A stretch of DNA of 61,605 bases, counting the filler. It is 10 parts of 10 records of this genome, joined end to end, with 100 filler letters (N's around TTAATTAATTAA, not from the genome) between each part and the next. Parts side by side here need not be neighbours in the genome. Positions count along the whole stretch, not along the records: positions 38,811 to 45,321 come from SRR31156797_55307; positions 45,422 to 50,557 come from SRR31156797_55348; positions 50,658 to 55,915 come from SRR31156797_55391; 7 more parts are not named here. One strand, written 5' to 3'. The position numbers and the translations under genes were made by a program. Positions within the stretch are counted from its first letter, which is position 1. Each line of letters starts with the position of its first letter. A model generated the notes under the pieces. That model was not told the DNA's origin, did no database searches, and saw only the letters and a list, made by a program, of their open reading frames with translations. Positions 42,049-51,520 of this stretch are shown here, piece after piece.

Positions 42049-42300
42049 TTATAGTATGCTACCCAGTGCTTCCAGATTCACGTCAGGACCACTGAAAAGT
42101 TCCTTATGAGTTAAAAACTCATCGCCGATCTGGAGTACAGGGGCTGTCATGGTGAAAACACCATTAAATTTGAGTTCGGTCAAAGCTTCCGGAGTAGACA
42201 TGTCTGCAGTTTCAAAAGAAACTCCCTTTGAACCAAGTACCTTCTTGAGTTGCTCGCACTTCGGGCAAGTCTGTGTTGTATATATTACCACTTCAACCAT
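42049..42300 (-). CDS. nrdH: Glutaredoxin-like NrdH redoxin
   Basis: CPKC motif, TAPVL; first gene of the nrdH-nrdD-nrdG operon. Confidence 0.82.
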   Translation of the reverse strand: MVEVVIYTTQTCPKCEQLKKVLGSKGVSFETADMSTPEALTELKFNGVFTMTAPVLQIGDEFLTHKELFSGPDVNLEALGSIL

Positions 42301-42682
42301 TATCTCGCGTCCCTATGTTGTTTATATTAATTTTTTTATAGTAATCACCTTCCTAAGAGGAACAACAATGCCAGATTGAAAAACACATTCAATCGGCATT
42401 GTAGTGGTGATGACCTCCGTATTCAGAAGGTAAATTATACAAATGCCATATTACTTAATAATGGTTTTTCAAACTGCATTTGAATATACAGTAAACCATA
42501 TGACACCACCATAATAATCACATATGATCACATATACACATCATTTCTGATAACTAAATTGATAACAAAAAAAATATAACTAAATTCTAGCACACCCCCA
42601 TAAAGCAAAACACACAAAAATAAAACAATTGCCAAAATATGTATACCATAAACCCTACTATAGCACATAATTCAATCAAGAG

Positions 42683-43360
42683 GTGGAAAAGATAACTGAA
42701 CAACTAAGTTCCGGCTGCAAGCCCATAGATGAATTATTAGGAGGCGGATTTGAGGCAGGAGTTGTCACACAGATATTCGGAGAACCGGGAAGTGGCAAGA
42801 CAAACCTATCCCTGCAACTTGCAGTTGAGTGTGTAAAGACCGGGAAAAAAGTCATTTATATTGACACCGAAGCAATCTCCCCTGCTCGCTTTAAACAGAT
42901 TGCAGGAGAAAATGCAAAGGAAATTGCACAGAATATAATTATCTTTGAACCACATAATTTTGAAGAACAGTATGCAGCCGTTAAGGAAATAGAGAAACTT
43001 GTATCTGAACAAATCGGACTTATTATAGTAGACTCTGCAACGGCATTTTACAGGTTCGAACTTGACCAGGAAGACTCAAGTATCAGAACTAGAAGAGAAC
43101 TTGCAAACCAGATCGGATTTATCCATGCAATTGCACGCAAACACAGGATAGTCGCCTTCATAACGAACCAGATTTATACAGATATAGCAACAGGTTCAGC
43201 AAGACCAATTGGTGGAAGCGGCATAGAACACATATCAAAAACCATTATCCAGCTTGAAAAAACAGGTGATGGAAAGAGACGTGCAAAAATCTGGAAACAT
43301 CGTTCCCTTCCTGAAGGCATAACCTGTGAATTCACAATAACCAACGAGGGCGTAAGGTAA
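42683..43360 (+). CDS. radB: DNA repair protein RadB
   Basis: GEPGSGKT, IVDS, ITNQ, RadB-type KHR motif; no RadA N-terminal domain. Confidence 0.92.
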   Translation: MEKITEQLSSGCKPIDELLGGGFEAGVVTQIFGEPGSGKTNLSLQLAVECVKTGKKVIYIDTEAISPARFKQIAGENAKEIAQNIIIFEPHNFEEQYAAVKEIEKLVSEQIGLIIVDSATAFYRFELDQEDSSIRTRRELANQIGFIHAIARKHRIVAFITNQIYTDIATGSARPIGGSGIEHISKTIIQLEKTGDGKRRAKIWKHRSLPEGITCEFTITNEGVR

Positions 43361-43371
43361 TTTCTAAAAAG

Positions 43372-44127
43372 TCATGCCCTTGCAATTGTGATAAAACCTG
43401 TATGACCTACTTTTGTAGTTGACGGACGTGTACCCCTTGCAGAGAATGATATCTCGCGTTCTGTGCATTCTATAGTTATCACGTCATAGAAGCCCTCGAC
43501 TTCCATTGCATCACGTATCTCCTTTGTCTGCTCAAAGAACGGAGAATATGTTGCAAGGAATCCACCGGAGTGCAGTACTTTTCTTACATTAGGAATGACA
43601 TCCTTAGTATTCTGTGTATCAAGGGTAATCACATCGAACTTCTCATCGATGATATTGTTTATCTCCTCGACGATGTCACCACAGCGAAGTTCCACATTAT
43701 CAAGACCTGCATTTTCCACATTCTTACGTGCGACCTTCACAAAGTCCTCTTTTACCTCATAGGTGACGACCTTTTTTGCTATAGAACCCAGATACATTGT
43801 AAGTATCCCAGATCCTGTGCCTGCATCAAGGACGACATCGTTCTTGCTAAGACCGGTGTAAGCGATTATCATGCCTATGTCCTTTGGCATCATAGGGGCG
43901 CCGGTCCTTTTTGCATGACGGAAAAAGTCAGGCATTTTAGGACGCTGTATGGTGAATTCCTGACCCTTGTGAGCCACAACTGTATCACCAGGAACCTTAT
44001 CAGCAAGAGTTGAGAGTTCCACAATACCAAAATCCGTGTGCAGTTGCTCATTGGAAACTTTCACAATGAACTCCCTGACCTTGCCCCTGTGGGAGGTCTT
44101 CAGCAAAACCAATTCACCAGTTATCAT
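43372..44127 (-). CDS. trmI: tRNA (adenine-57/58-N1)-methyltransferase
   Basis: PKDIGMI, DAGTGSG, YSPFFEQ, TRP..KVGHTGFI. Confidence 0.9.
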   Translation of the reverse strand: MITGELVLLKTSHRGKVREFIVKVSNEQLHTDFGIVELSTLADKVPGDTVVAHKGQEFTIQRPKMPDFFRHAKRTGAPMMPKDIGMIIAYTGLSKNDVVLDAGTGSGILTMYLGSIAKKVVTYEVKEDFVKVARKNVENAGLDNVELRCGDIVEEINNIIDEKFDVITLDTQNTKDVIPNVRKVLHSGGFLATYSPFFEQTKEIRDAMEVEGFYDVITIECTEREISFSARGTRPSTTKVGHTGFITIARA

Positions 44128-45321
44128 TATTTTACACCTGTGGACCGTTTTTTAGAGACATACCTGTTTGAGGGAATCGTTACGATATCCCGCTTTATTG
44201 AGTGTTTTGCCATAGTCAGATGAGACATCATCACATCGAACTCAGGACGGTATGCTTCTGCAAGTGTCCCTGCATATTCAACCCCTTCCCATGTCAGCAC
44301 ATATTCATAACTCTGCCGGAACCTCCCCTCCTTTTCATAATAACGGAGATCCTCATCGACTATACCCATGGCGACGAGTACCTGAATATCCTCAAAGACC
44401 TTTTCACTATAGGGGAATCCATACCTTTCATGGAATGAATAATCAAAAAGATTCTTCAGTTTCGGGAAACCACTGAGCTCACGGATGGTACGGTAAAGCC
44501 AGGTGATATGCCGAAGGCGAGGGATAGAGATGGATCCTTCTTTTTTCTTTTCATGAACAAAGATGCTGTGGACCGCATAGAATAGCAGGATTATTCCCTC
44601 TATTGGAAGATACTGGTCCTCACGTGTGTAGTTCAGAAGCCTTGGAGAAAGATCATCCACAACCCTTCGCAGTTCTGAGAGCACAGCTTCAGAATCCTTA
44701 TCTGTGACAACTTCAGGATGAGAGAAGGCTGTGAGTGACAATTGTCTTGAAATCGCACGGACAAGACCGTTGGCAAGTGCGGATTCATCATAGAAGAAAC
44801 CATCTTCCTCATCCATTGCAATGCGCATACTCTTTGGAACACCCGAGGCAACTGTCAGGTCCACAAGCACATCACCGAGTTCCCCGGCGAGTCTTGACTC
44901 AAGCCTCCTGGTGGCTACACCGTGGCGTGCAATTGTAGAAAGTGCCATCCTTGTTGATGGTCTGAGTATCTTCTGACTCAGCCTTGCAACAGGAACATAT
45001 AACCTGCCATCCCGCAGGTCGTTCAGTAAATTAAATGACCTTTCAGACGCATTTGACTTGATGAAGTTGAGCAGGTCACTGTCATTATATTCAGTGAAGA
45101 AACGGACTATCTCACCCGTTGCTGCATCTTCCCCCGAGCTGTCCCCGAAACGTTCCAGAGCATCCTCCAATGCATAGAGTAGCATGACCCTAGCTGCCTG
45201 TGTCTTCGGATTATGGATGATGGCAGTATAGTGATGAGCACGGGACACGAGCAACGATTCAGCGGCTGTGAGAGCCATGTCACTGCCATAACCGGAGCCA
45301 TCTGAACTACCCAGCACAACA
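44127..45321 (-). CDS. HD-superfamily phosphohydrolase C-terminal part with winged-helix-like tail, 5'-truncated
   Basis: ALTAAESLLVSR.HHY..I.HN resembles the HD-associated helix; tail YGFPYSEKVFEDIQVL..MGIV...YVLTWEG. Confidence 0.55.
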
Positions 45322-45421
45322 NNNNNNNNNNNNNNNNNNNNNNNNNNNNNNNNNNNNNNNNNNNNTTAATTAATTAANNNNNNNNNNNNNNNNNNNNNNN
45401 NNNNNNNNNNNNNNNNNNNNN
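45322..45421. other. Artificial contig spacer
   Basis: N-run + TTAATTAATTAA + N-run. Confidence 0.98.
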
Positions 45422-45424
45422 CCC

Positions 45425-45451
45425 AGATCCTTCGCTGCGCTCAGGATGACA
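45425..45451. repeat. REP-like extragenic repeat, one arm
   Basis: AGATCCTTCGCTGCGCTCAGGATGACA resembles a widespread intergenic palindromic repeat arm; the contig breaks here. Confidence 0.65.
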
Positions 45452-45463
45452 GATTCATGGGTA

Positions 45464-48295
45464 CTATGAAGTTTCTGGTTTCTGTTTTTCCGTCATCCGG
45501 CAGGCTTGCCGTCGCGACATGACGCCGCAAAGCAAGGCCATCACCGGGATGGCGATGACGCTGATCAGGGCGAACTTACCCCAGCCCAGATGCCAGTACT
45601 GGTGGAGGTTTAGCGCGACCAGCACCACGGCCGCCACCGAGAGGATGACGCAGAACGCGCAGTTACAACTTACCGATTGCGGGCCCTTGGCGGCCTTGAA
45701 TAGGCGCTGTTCGAGCACGGTCAGAATGGCCGGCAAGATCAGCAGCGTGACAATGCCCGACAACGCCATGATGGCACAGAGAAAGATGCCGACCGTCTTG
45801 TAAGGCACCAGCGGCGCCGCCAAGAGCGGCAGGAAACCGATGGCGATGACCAGCACATTGCGGCTGATCGCCCGGGCGGGCTCGCCAAACATCACAGCGG
45901 CGCTGGCCTTCCATGATCCGGTCGCGGCGTGCGTGCTCCGCGCTCGCTCCAGGAAGTGAATCGCAAAGTCGACCGCCATGCCCAACGTCAGAGCGCTCAA
46001 GACCGCGACGGGCATGTCGTAGTCCTTGCCCACCAGGCCGATGATGCCGTAAATCACGGCGATGGTGACCGACAGCGGGACCATGCAGACCAGCCCCCAC
46101 AGCGGCGAGCGGAACAGGATCGCCATCATGATGAAGACAATGATGAAGCTGCCCATCAGCGACTGGAGCATGCCCCAGACCATTTTCTCCTGCCAGACGG
46201 TGTTGATATAGGTCAGCCCCGCCCACTGGTGCAGCAGCGGTGCCGGCGGGGCGTTCTCCTCGAAGTACGCATCGACCGCTTTGATGACCTTCTCCATGTC
46301 TTTGTTGTCGCCGCTCTTGAGCTGGAGCCAGAGGTTGGCCTTGTCGAAGTCGTTGGTGACGAAGTGCCACAGGTCGTCGGGCGTGTGGCTGCTCTGGAAC
46401 TGGATCAGGCACTGCGCCACAGCCGGCGACGACGGGGGCAGCGGCGGGTCCTGGGGCTCGCCCCCCATCAGTTCTTTGTAGACCTTCTCGACGATGTCGG
46501 CCAGGGAATTGCTCTTACCGACCAGGCCAATCTCCTGCAAGTGTCTCTGGAGGCCGGCCATGTAGGTGAGCACTTCAGGCTGCTTGAACACCTTGAGCCG
46601 TTCCTTCTCCAGTTCGAAGAAGTCGGTCAGCTCGTACCACACATCGGCCGCGTTGCCATCGGCGGTCGCCTCCTTGTCACTGGCGAATTTGGACAGCTCA
46701 TCGAGATAGTCGACCTTGCTCATCTGAGCCGTGCCGTTCTCAACCACACGCTGGTCGATCACGGGCAGCAGGGCCCGCGCTTCAGGCCAATCCGGCGCCA
46801 GTTCCGCAACCTTCTCCGTCAGCCGGTCCCGGACGGTGCCACGGTAGTCGACGGTGGCGTTCGGGTCGGCATCGTCTTCGAGGACCAGATACGCCATATA
46901 GGTGCCGCCGAAATGTTTGTTCAACTCGATATCCGCCTGGCGGATCGGGTGGCTCTTGGCGAACCACTTGGTCGGGTTGTCGTTGATCACGATCTGCGTG
47001 ATTCCATAGATCGCGATCGCGGTGACGATCACCAAGCCGACGAGAATGGGCTTGGCCGCTTTATAGGTCAGCCCTCCACCGCCGTGCAGCAGGCGCGTCA
47101 GCCAGGTCTGTTTCTCCTCATGGACGGCTGCGGCGCCGAAGTTTGCCAGACTCTTTTCGCTGAGAAACATAATGTAGGCCGGGACGAATGTCACCGTGCA
47201 GAGCCAGGCGACCATGATGCCGACGGCCACGAAGATGCCGAAGACTTGAACGGGCGGAATGGGCGTCAGTGCCAGTGACGCAAACCCGGAGGCCGAGGTC
47301 AAAGACGTGTAGAGCATGGGCATGAAGAGATCGTCCATGACTTCGAGCGTGGTTTGACGCCGGCCCTTTTCTTTCGTGTACAGGTCGAAGAACTCCGAGA
47401 GGATGTGCACGGAATCGACCACGGCGATCGGCATGAGGAAGATCGGGATCATCGAGCTCATGATGTGGACCGGATAGCCCAGGCCGATCAGCGCGCCCAT
47501 CGTTACGATCACCGCCACCATCGCCACGATCATCGGCGAGATCACCAGTACCAGCTTGCGGAAGAACACCAGCATCAGGATGAAGATGACCGCCATCGCC
47601 AGCGGGGCCGAGATCGCCATCTGCACGAACATCTCGTAGCCGAAGGTGTCTTCGGCGACCGGCAACCCCGTGATATGGTATTCCTCGTCGCCGGCGAATT
47701 CGCTCACCTGGGCGTTCAGTGCCTGATACAACTCGTAGCTGATGTGTTTGCTCGTCAGTGGGATATACAGCGACAGGGCTTTGCCGTCCTCGGAAACGAT
47801 CGTGCCGTAGAGCAGGGGGTTGGACATCGCCTTGTCACGGATCTCCAGTGCTTCGGCCTCGGTCGTCGGGGGCTGGGGCATCAGCCACTCGAACCGGACC
47901 ACACCCGGACCGCCCTGACTGATGTGGTCTACCAGCGAGGGCGCCATCAGATCGACTTCGACCACGCCTTCATTGGGATCTTTCGCGCTGTGCCACGTGC
48001 GGGCGAATTCGGTCAGTTCGTAGATCCGCGTCAAGGACCCAACGTTGAAGACGCCGTTCGGGTCCTCGTTGTTCACGATGCCCAGCACGACGATGTCGTA
48101 CAGCACGAAGTCCTCTTTGGTCTGGTCGTGGAACACGCGCACGGGTTCGTCTTCCGAGAGCATGTTCTCCGGGTCGGTGTCCACGCGGATAAGCGGGATG
48201 AACGCACCCAGCGCGAGCGTGGCGACGACCATGATCGCGGTGATCAGCTTGTAGTGTCTCAAGCAGTAATCGGTGATCTTATGTTTCAAGTCCAT
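45464..48295 (-). CDS. MMPL/RND-family transporter
   Basis: Two repeats of periplasmic domain + TM bundle; IAVVDSVHILSEF and LGMAVDFAIHFL motifs. Confidence 0.9.
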   Translation of the reverse strand: MDLKHKITDYCLRHYKLITAIMVVATLALGAFIPLIRVDTDPENMLSEDEPVRVFHDQTKEDFVLYDIVVLGIVNNEDPNGVFNVGSLTRIYELTEFARTWHSAKDPNEGVVEVDLMAPSLVDHISQGGPGVVRFEWLMPQPPTTEAEALEIRDKAMSNPLLYGTIVSEDGKALSLYIPLTSKHISYELYQALNAQVSEFAGDEEYHITGLPVAEDTFGYEMFVQMAISAPLAMAVIFILMLVFFRKLVLVISPMIVAMVAVIVTMGALIGLGYPVHIMSSMIPIFLMPIAVVDSVHILSEFFDLYTKEKGRRQTTLEVMDDLFMPMLYTSLTSASGFASLALTPIPPVQVFGIFVAVGIMVAWLCTVTFVPAYIMFLSEKSLANFGAAAVHEEKQTWLTRLLHGGGGLTYKAAKPILVGLVIVTAIAIYGITQIVINDNPTKWFAKSHPIRQADIELNKHFGGTYMAYLVLEDDADPNATVDYRGTVRDRLTEKVAELAPDWPEARALLPVIDQRVVENGTAQMSKVDYLDELSKFASDKEATADGNAADVWYELTDFFELEKERLKVFKQPEVLTYMAGLQRHLQEIGLVGKSNSLADIVEKVYKELMGGEPQDPPLPPSSPAVAQCLIQFQSSHTPDDLWHFVTNDFDKANLWLQLKSGDNKDMEKVIKAVDAYFEENAPPAPLLHQWAGLTYINTVWQEKMVWGMLQSLMGSFIIVFIMMAILFRSPLWGLVCMVPLSVTIAVIYGIIGLVGKDYDMPVAVLSALTLGMAVDFAIHFLERARSTHAATGSWKASAAVMFGEPARAISRNVLVIAIGFLPLLAAPLVPYKTVGIFLCAIMALSGIVTLLILPAILTVLEQRLFKAAKGPQSVSCNCAFCVILSVAAVVLVALNLHQYWHLGWGKFALISVIAIPVMALLCGVMSRRQACRMTEKQKPETS

Positions 48296-48342
48296 GCTTT
48301 CTTCCCACCTTTACACAACGTTCGGGCCAACGGGGTTGGTTT

Positions 48343-49554
48343 TCAGCATTCTTTCAGCGTTCGATCGCCGTCGATCGGGCGCTCCTTTTCTCTATGGTCG
48401 TCCGCTTCCGCGAACTTTCCGACCGGGGGCGTGTCGCGCCGGCCGGCCTTGAAGGCGATGGCCTGGGTCGGGCAGCTCTCGATGCACGTGCCGCAGGAGA
48501 AACAGTCCGGGACCACGCGGTCGCGTTTGAGGATCGCGCCCATCACCGTGGACGGACAGGCCTTCTCGCAGGTTCCGCACGCGATGCACTTATCGTAGTC
48601 GACCTGGATCTTGAATAAGCTGATCTTCTCCGCCACCCAGCCGGCGAGGCCGAACGGGCAGAAGAAGTGACACCAGGGACGATAGGTAAACAGACTCAGC
48701 ACCAGGACCGCGCCGAGAAACGCGACACCGGCCAATCCCAGAACCTGCGGCTTGAAGATCTTGAACGGATCGATGCCTTCGACGAGGTCGGTCGCCCAGA
48801 CGAATGCGACGGTCGTTAGTGTCGCGAAGAAGATGATCCGAACGCCGTTCGAGACGAGGAACGGCACTTTGAACTGGCGGACCGCGCCTTGGCGGTCGTC
48901 CTGGTCGCGGTTCAATCGAAAGATCAGATCCTGGAGAGTCCCGAGCTGGCAGCCCCACGAACAGATGAACTTGTTCGCGAGAATCACCATCAGCAGGAAC
49001 ACGCCGAAGGCGATCAGCCGTGGTGGAAAGATCACGCCTTTGGCGCCGAGCAGAACAATCGCGTCCTTGACGGTCCCCATCGGACTGGGGTCGGAGCCGA
49101 GGATGACGCCGAAGAGGACGACCGCGGCCAGCAGCAGTCCCTTGCGACGTCGCGCGGTGATCTGGCCCCGGCGCATCAGGACCAGGACCGCCGCCAGAAA
49201 GGCCAGCCACAGTGAAAACTTCGCGACGATCTTGCCCCAGTTCTTCGAGCCGTGCTCGGCCCGCAGCGCCAGCAGACCTTCGGTCTTGCGCAGGATCTCA
49301 TCCTGGTCCATTCCAAATGCGGTCACGAGCTTCTGCTTGTCCTGAGGTGATTGCAGACCAAACACCTTCTTCAGCAATTGCGGAGGCAGTTCGTTGCGGC
49401 CGGCAAACTGACCGACCGTCATGGTCGCTTCGAGAACCAGTGGCCGAGCCTTGCCACCGCTTTCGGGCTGGCCTGCCCATAGCCGGGCCGAGACGAACGA
49501 TCCGCCCACCAGGGCCGCGATGAGAAGCGCGAATTGGATGAGAGTCTTCTTCAT
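48343..49554 (-). CDS. Membrane 4Fe-4S protein (NapH/MauN-like polyferredoxin)
   Basis: CSWGCQLG, WCHFFCPFG and two CxxCxxCxxxCP motifs; likely start MKKTLIQ at 49554. Confidence 0.85.
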   Translation of the reverse strand: MKKTLIQFALLIAALVGGSFVSARLWAGQPESGGKARPLVLEATMTVGQFAGRNELPPQLLKKVFGLQSPQDKQKLVTAFGMDQDEILRKTEGLLALRAEHGSKNWGKIVAKFSLWLAFLAAVLVLMRRGQITARRRKGLLLAAVVLFGVILGSDPSPMGTVKDAIVLLGAKGVIFPPRLIAFGVFLLMVILANKFICSWGCQLGTLQDLIFRLNRDQDDRQGAVRQFKVPFLVSNGVRIIFFATLTTVAFVWATDLVEGIDPFKIFKPQVLGLAGVAFLGAVLVLSLFTYRPWCHFFCPFGLAGWVAEKISLFKIQVDYDKCIACGTCEKACPSTVMGAILKRDRVVPDCFSCGTCIESCPTQAIAFKAGRRDTPPVGKFAEADDHREKERPIDGDRTLKEC

Positions 49555-49582
49555 GGTGACGTCCAGCAGACACGACATCGCG

Positions 49583-50110
49583 CTAGTTCTGGACAATGCC
49601 CGCAAGGATGGCATGTTCGTCCCGCGCGACGCTGCCGCCCATGACCTTGGCAATGTTACCGCCGAACATTTTCGCCATCAAGGGCATGTTCATCTTCGAT
49701 AGATATACTTTTCCATCGTCGCCTTCCCAGACCGCGAAGGTACACGGCATCAGGGTCGAGACGTGCCGGTCCGTGGTCAGGACGCTCTGGGCATATTCCG
49801 GATTGCACAGCTTCACCAGCTTGACACGCGGCCCGAATTCGACCCCGTGTTTGGCCATCGATTTGTTCATGTCCGAGACGGTCGAAACGACCCAGCCATG
49901 CTCCGGAATGGCCTGCTCCAGCGCCGCCACCGTCTCGTCGAAGCCGAGCCGACTTTCCTGCGTTACGATCATCATCTTCGGCATCGCCGTAACCATGGCG
50001 GCACCCGCCAGCGCCGCTCCTGCGACGAGCCCGACCAAGACAAATACAAAAGTATGTCTATAGGTTTTCTTTTGTTTCTTCACGCCGATGGTTTCCTGTG
50101 CTGCGCTCAT
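49583..50110 (-). CDS. Membrane-anchored DUF302 protein
   Basis: FDETV..L, LCNPEYA, MPCTFAVWE..DGKVY; likely start MSAAQ at 50110. Confidence 0.85.
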   Translation of the reverse strand: MSAAQETIGVKKQKKTYRHTFVFVLVGLVAGAALAGAAMVTAMPKMMIVTQESRLGFDETVAALEQAIPEHGWVVSTVSDMNKSMAKHGVEFGPRVKLVKLCNPEYAQSVLTTDRHVSTLMPCTFAVWEGDDGKVYLSKMNMPLMAKMFGGNIAKVMGGSVARDEHAILAGIVQN

Positions 50111-50424
50111 CGTTGACCTTTCTTCTTCGCCTGGCAATGGTTGTAGACGCAGTTCAGCACCTGCGTAACGTTCTTGTTTTCGAGTTGATAAAAGACCTTG
50201 GTTCCCTCCCGGCGGCTTCTCAGAATGCCTCGATTCTTCATGATGTTGAGTTGCTGGCTCGTGATCGCCTGTTTCTCGCCCAGGGCCTCGCTGATCGCCC
50301 CGACGCACATCTCACCTGGCTCCAGGAGCTCGAGGACCTGCAATCGGATGGGATGGGCCACCGCCTTGAGCACGTCTGCCGCATGGCTTGCCAGTTCCTT
50401 GTCCATTTCTTGCGTCCTATACAT
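50107..50424 (-). CDS. ArsR/SmtB-family repressor
   Basis: LKAVAHPIRLQVL, EMCV, SQQL..MK..GIL.SRREG.KVFY. Confidence 0.92.
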   Translation of the reverse strand: MYRTQEMDKELASHAADVLKAVAHPIRLQVLELLEPGEMCVGAISEALGEKQAITSQQLNIMKNRGILRSRREGTKVFYQLENKNVTQVLNCVYNHCQAKKKGQR

Positions 50425-50456
50425 GTAAATAATGCTATATATAAATATTACTATGT
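50423..50456. promoter_or_regulatory. Probable ArsR operator (tandem AT-rich boxes)
   Basis: ATGTAAATAATGCTATAT and ATATAAATATTACTATGT, 16-nt period, an AT island in a GC-rich contig at the arsR start. Confidence 0.55.
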
Positions 50457-50557
50457 AAAGGGGCGGAAGTTCGCCGCGAATGAGAAATTTTTTGCGGGTG
50501 TTTTCTAAACGAGGGCTATTCTTCTTTGTCTTCGGCCGAGACGCCGGCCGTCAGAAC

Positions 50558-50657
50558 NNNNNNNNNNNNNNNNNNNNNNNNNNNNNNNNNNNNNNNNNNN
50601 NTTAATTAATTAANNNNNNNNNNNNNNNNNNNNNNNNNNNNNNNNNNNNNNNNNNNN
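50558..50657. other. Artificial contig spacer
   Basis: N-run + TTAATTAATTAA + N-run. Confidence 0.98.
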
Positions 50658-50658
50658 A

Positions 50659-50823
50659 CAGTTTATGCCCATGCCCCTCAAGGTGAACTGCGGTCTCTGC
50701 GGCCAGGAATTCGATATGGATAAGTTCGAGACCTCCTGTCCCGAATGCGGCGCGGTACACGCCGTGACCCCCTGTCACGCCTTCGATCCCGCCAATGTGA
50801 TGACCGCCGGCAAGGATTACTAA
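50659..50823 (+). CDS. Small zinc-ribbon protein, 5'-truncated (not in ORF track)
   Basis: QFMPMPLKVNCGLCGQEFDMDKFETSCPECGAVHAVTPCHAFDPANVMTAGKDY*. Confidence 0.7.
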   Translation, partial: QFMPMPLKVNCGLCGQEFDMDKFETSCPECGAVHAVTPCHAFDPANVMTAGKDY

Positions 50824-50835
50824 TTAAGTTTTAGC

Positions 50836-50873
50836 ATCCTCCGTTCTATCAAAGTGTCAGAGGGACGGAGGAT
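50836..50873. terminator. Hairpin terminator between convergent genes
   Basis: ATCCTCCGTTCT / GGGACGGAGGAT stem. Confidence 0.6.
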
Positions 50874-51506
50874 TTATTCTTCTTTTTCCAGCAGGGCTAT
50901 TTCTCTTGTAAGTTCTTTCTGAAGCTCTTCCTCTGATGGAAGATAGAGCTTATATTTTGAAGCGAAGAGCTGCTCGTTATCTGCCAGCATAGAATACTTA
51001 ACCATGGTCTCGTTCTTGTCGGCACAGAGAATCAATCCGATTGTTGGATTGTCATCTGACTCTTTAAACTTATTTTCAAAGATACGGATATAGCTGTCCA
51101 TCTGTCTTTCCAGAGCTCGGGTGGACCAGTTCTCTTTGATAGCTTCTCCCTGGTACCAGAGCCAGGCTTTTTCATCTTCTACCTTCATAAGGTGTTTGTA
51201 ATGAGTCCAACTCAATTCGCGCCGCACTGCGGCGCATTTTGGAAATAGAGAATAAAACTGTCTCATCCTCCTGAGGTTTGTACGATCAAATCCCTTACCA
51301 TAACGCTTGAGTAGTTTTAGAGATAACTCTTTCATCGCCGCTGTTCCATAGACTGCACGTTGTTTTCCCTGTTGTTCATCTTCAACGATCAAGCGGCCGA
51401 TATGCCAGTAACACAGAACCATGGCGCTGTTTACCGAACTGCGAACATTCTGCCGGGCATCTTCAATAACTGCGGCTACAGACTGGTAAGGATCTTTATT
51501 TTCCAT
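50874..51506 (-). pseudogene. YhcG/DUF1016 PD-(D/E)XK nuclease gene with in-frame internal deletion
   Basis: N-domain (YWHIGRLIVE, GKGF, MRQFY, LSWTHY, WSTRALERQ) is joined directly to the C-terminal tail (QMDSY...DNPTIGLILC, FASKYKLYLP). Confidence 0.75.
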
Positions 51507-51520
51507 AGCTTACTCCAGAT

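Noticed and set aside
45929-48598. 449-aa and 414-aa plus-strand ORFs
   Set aside because: Antisense shadows of the MMPL and 4Fe-4S genes.
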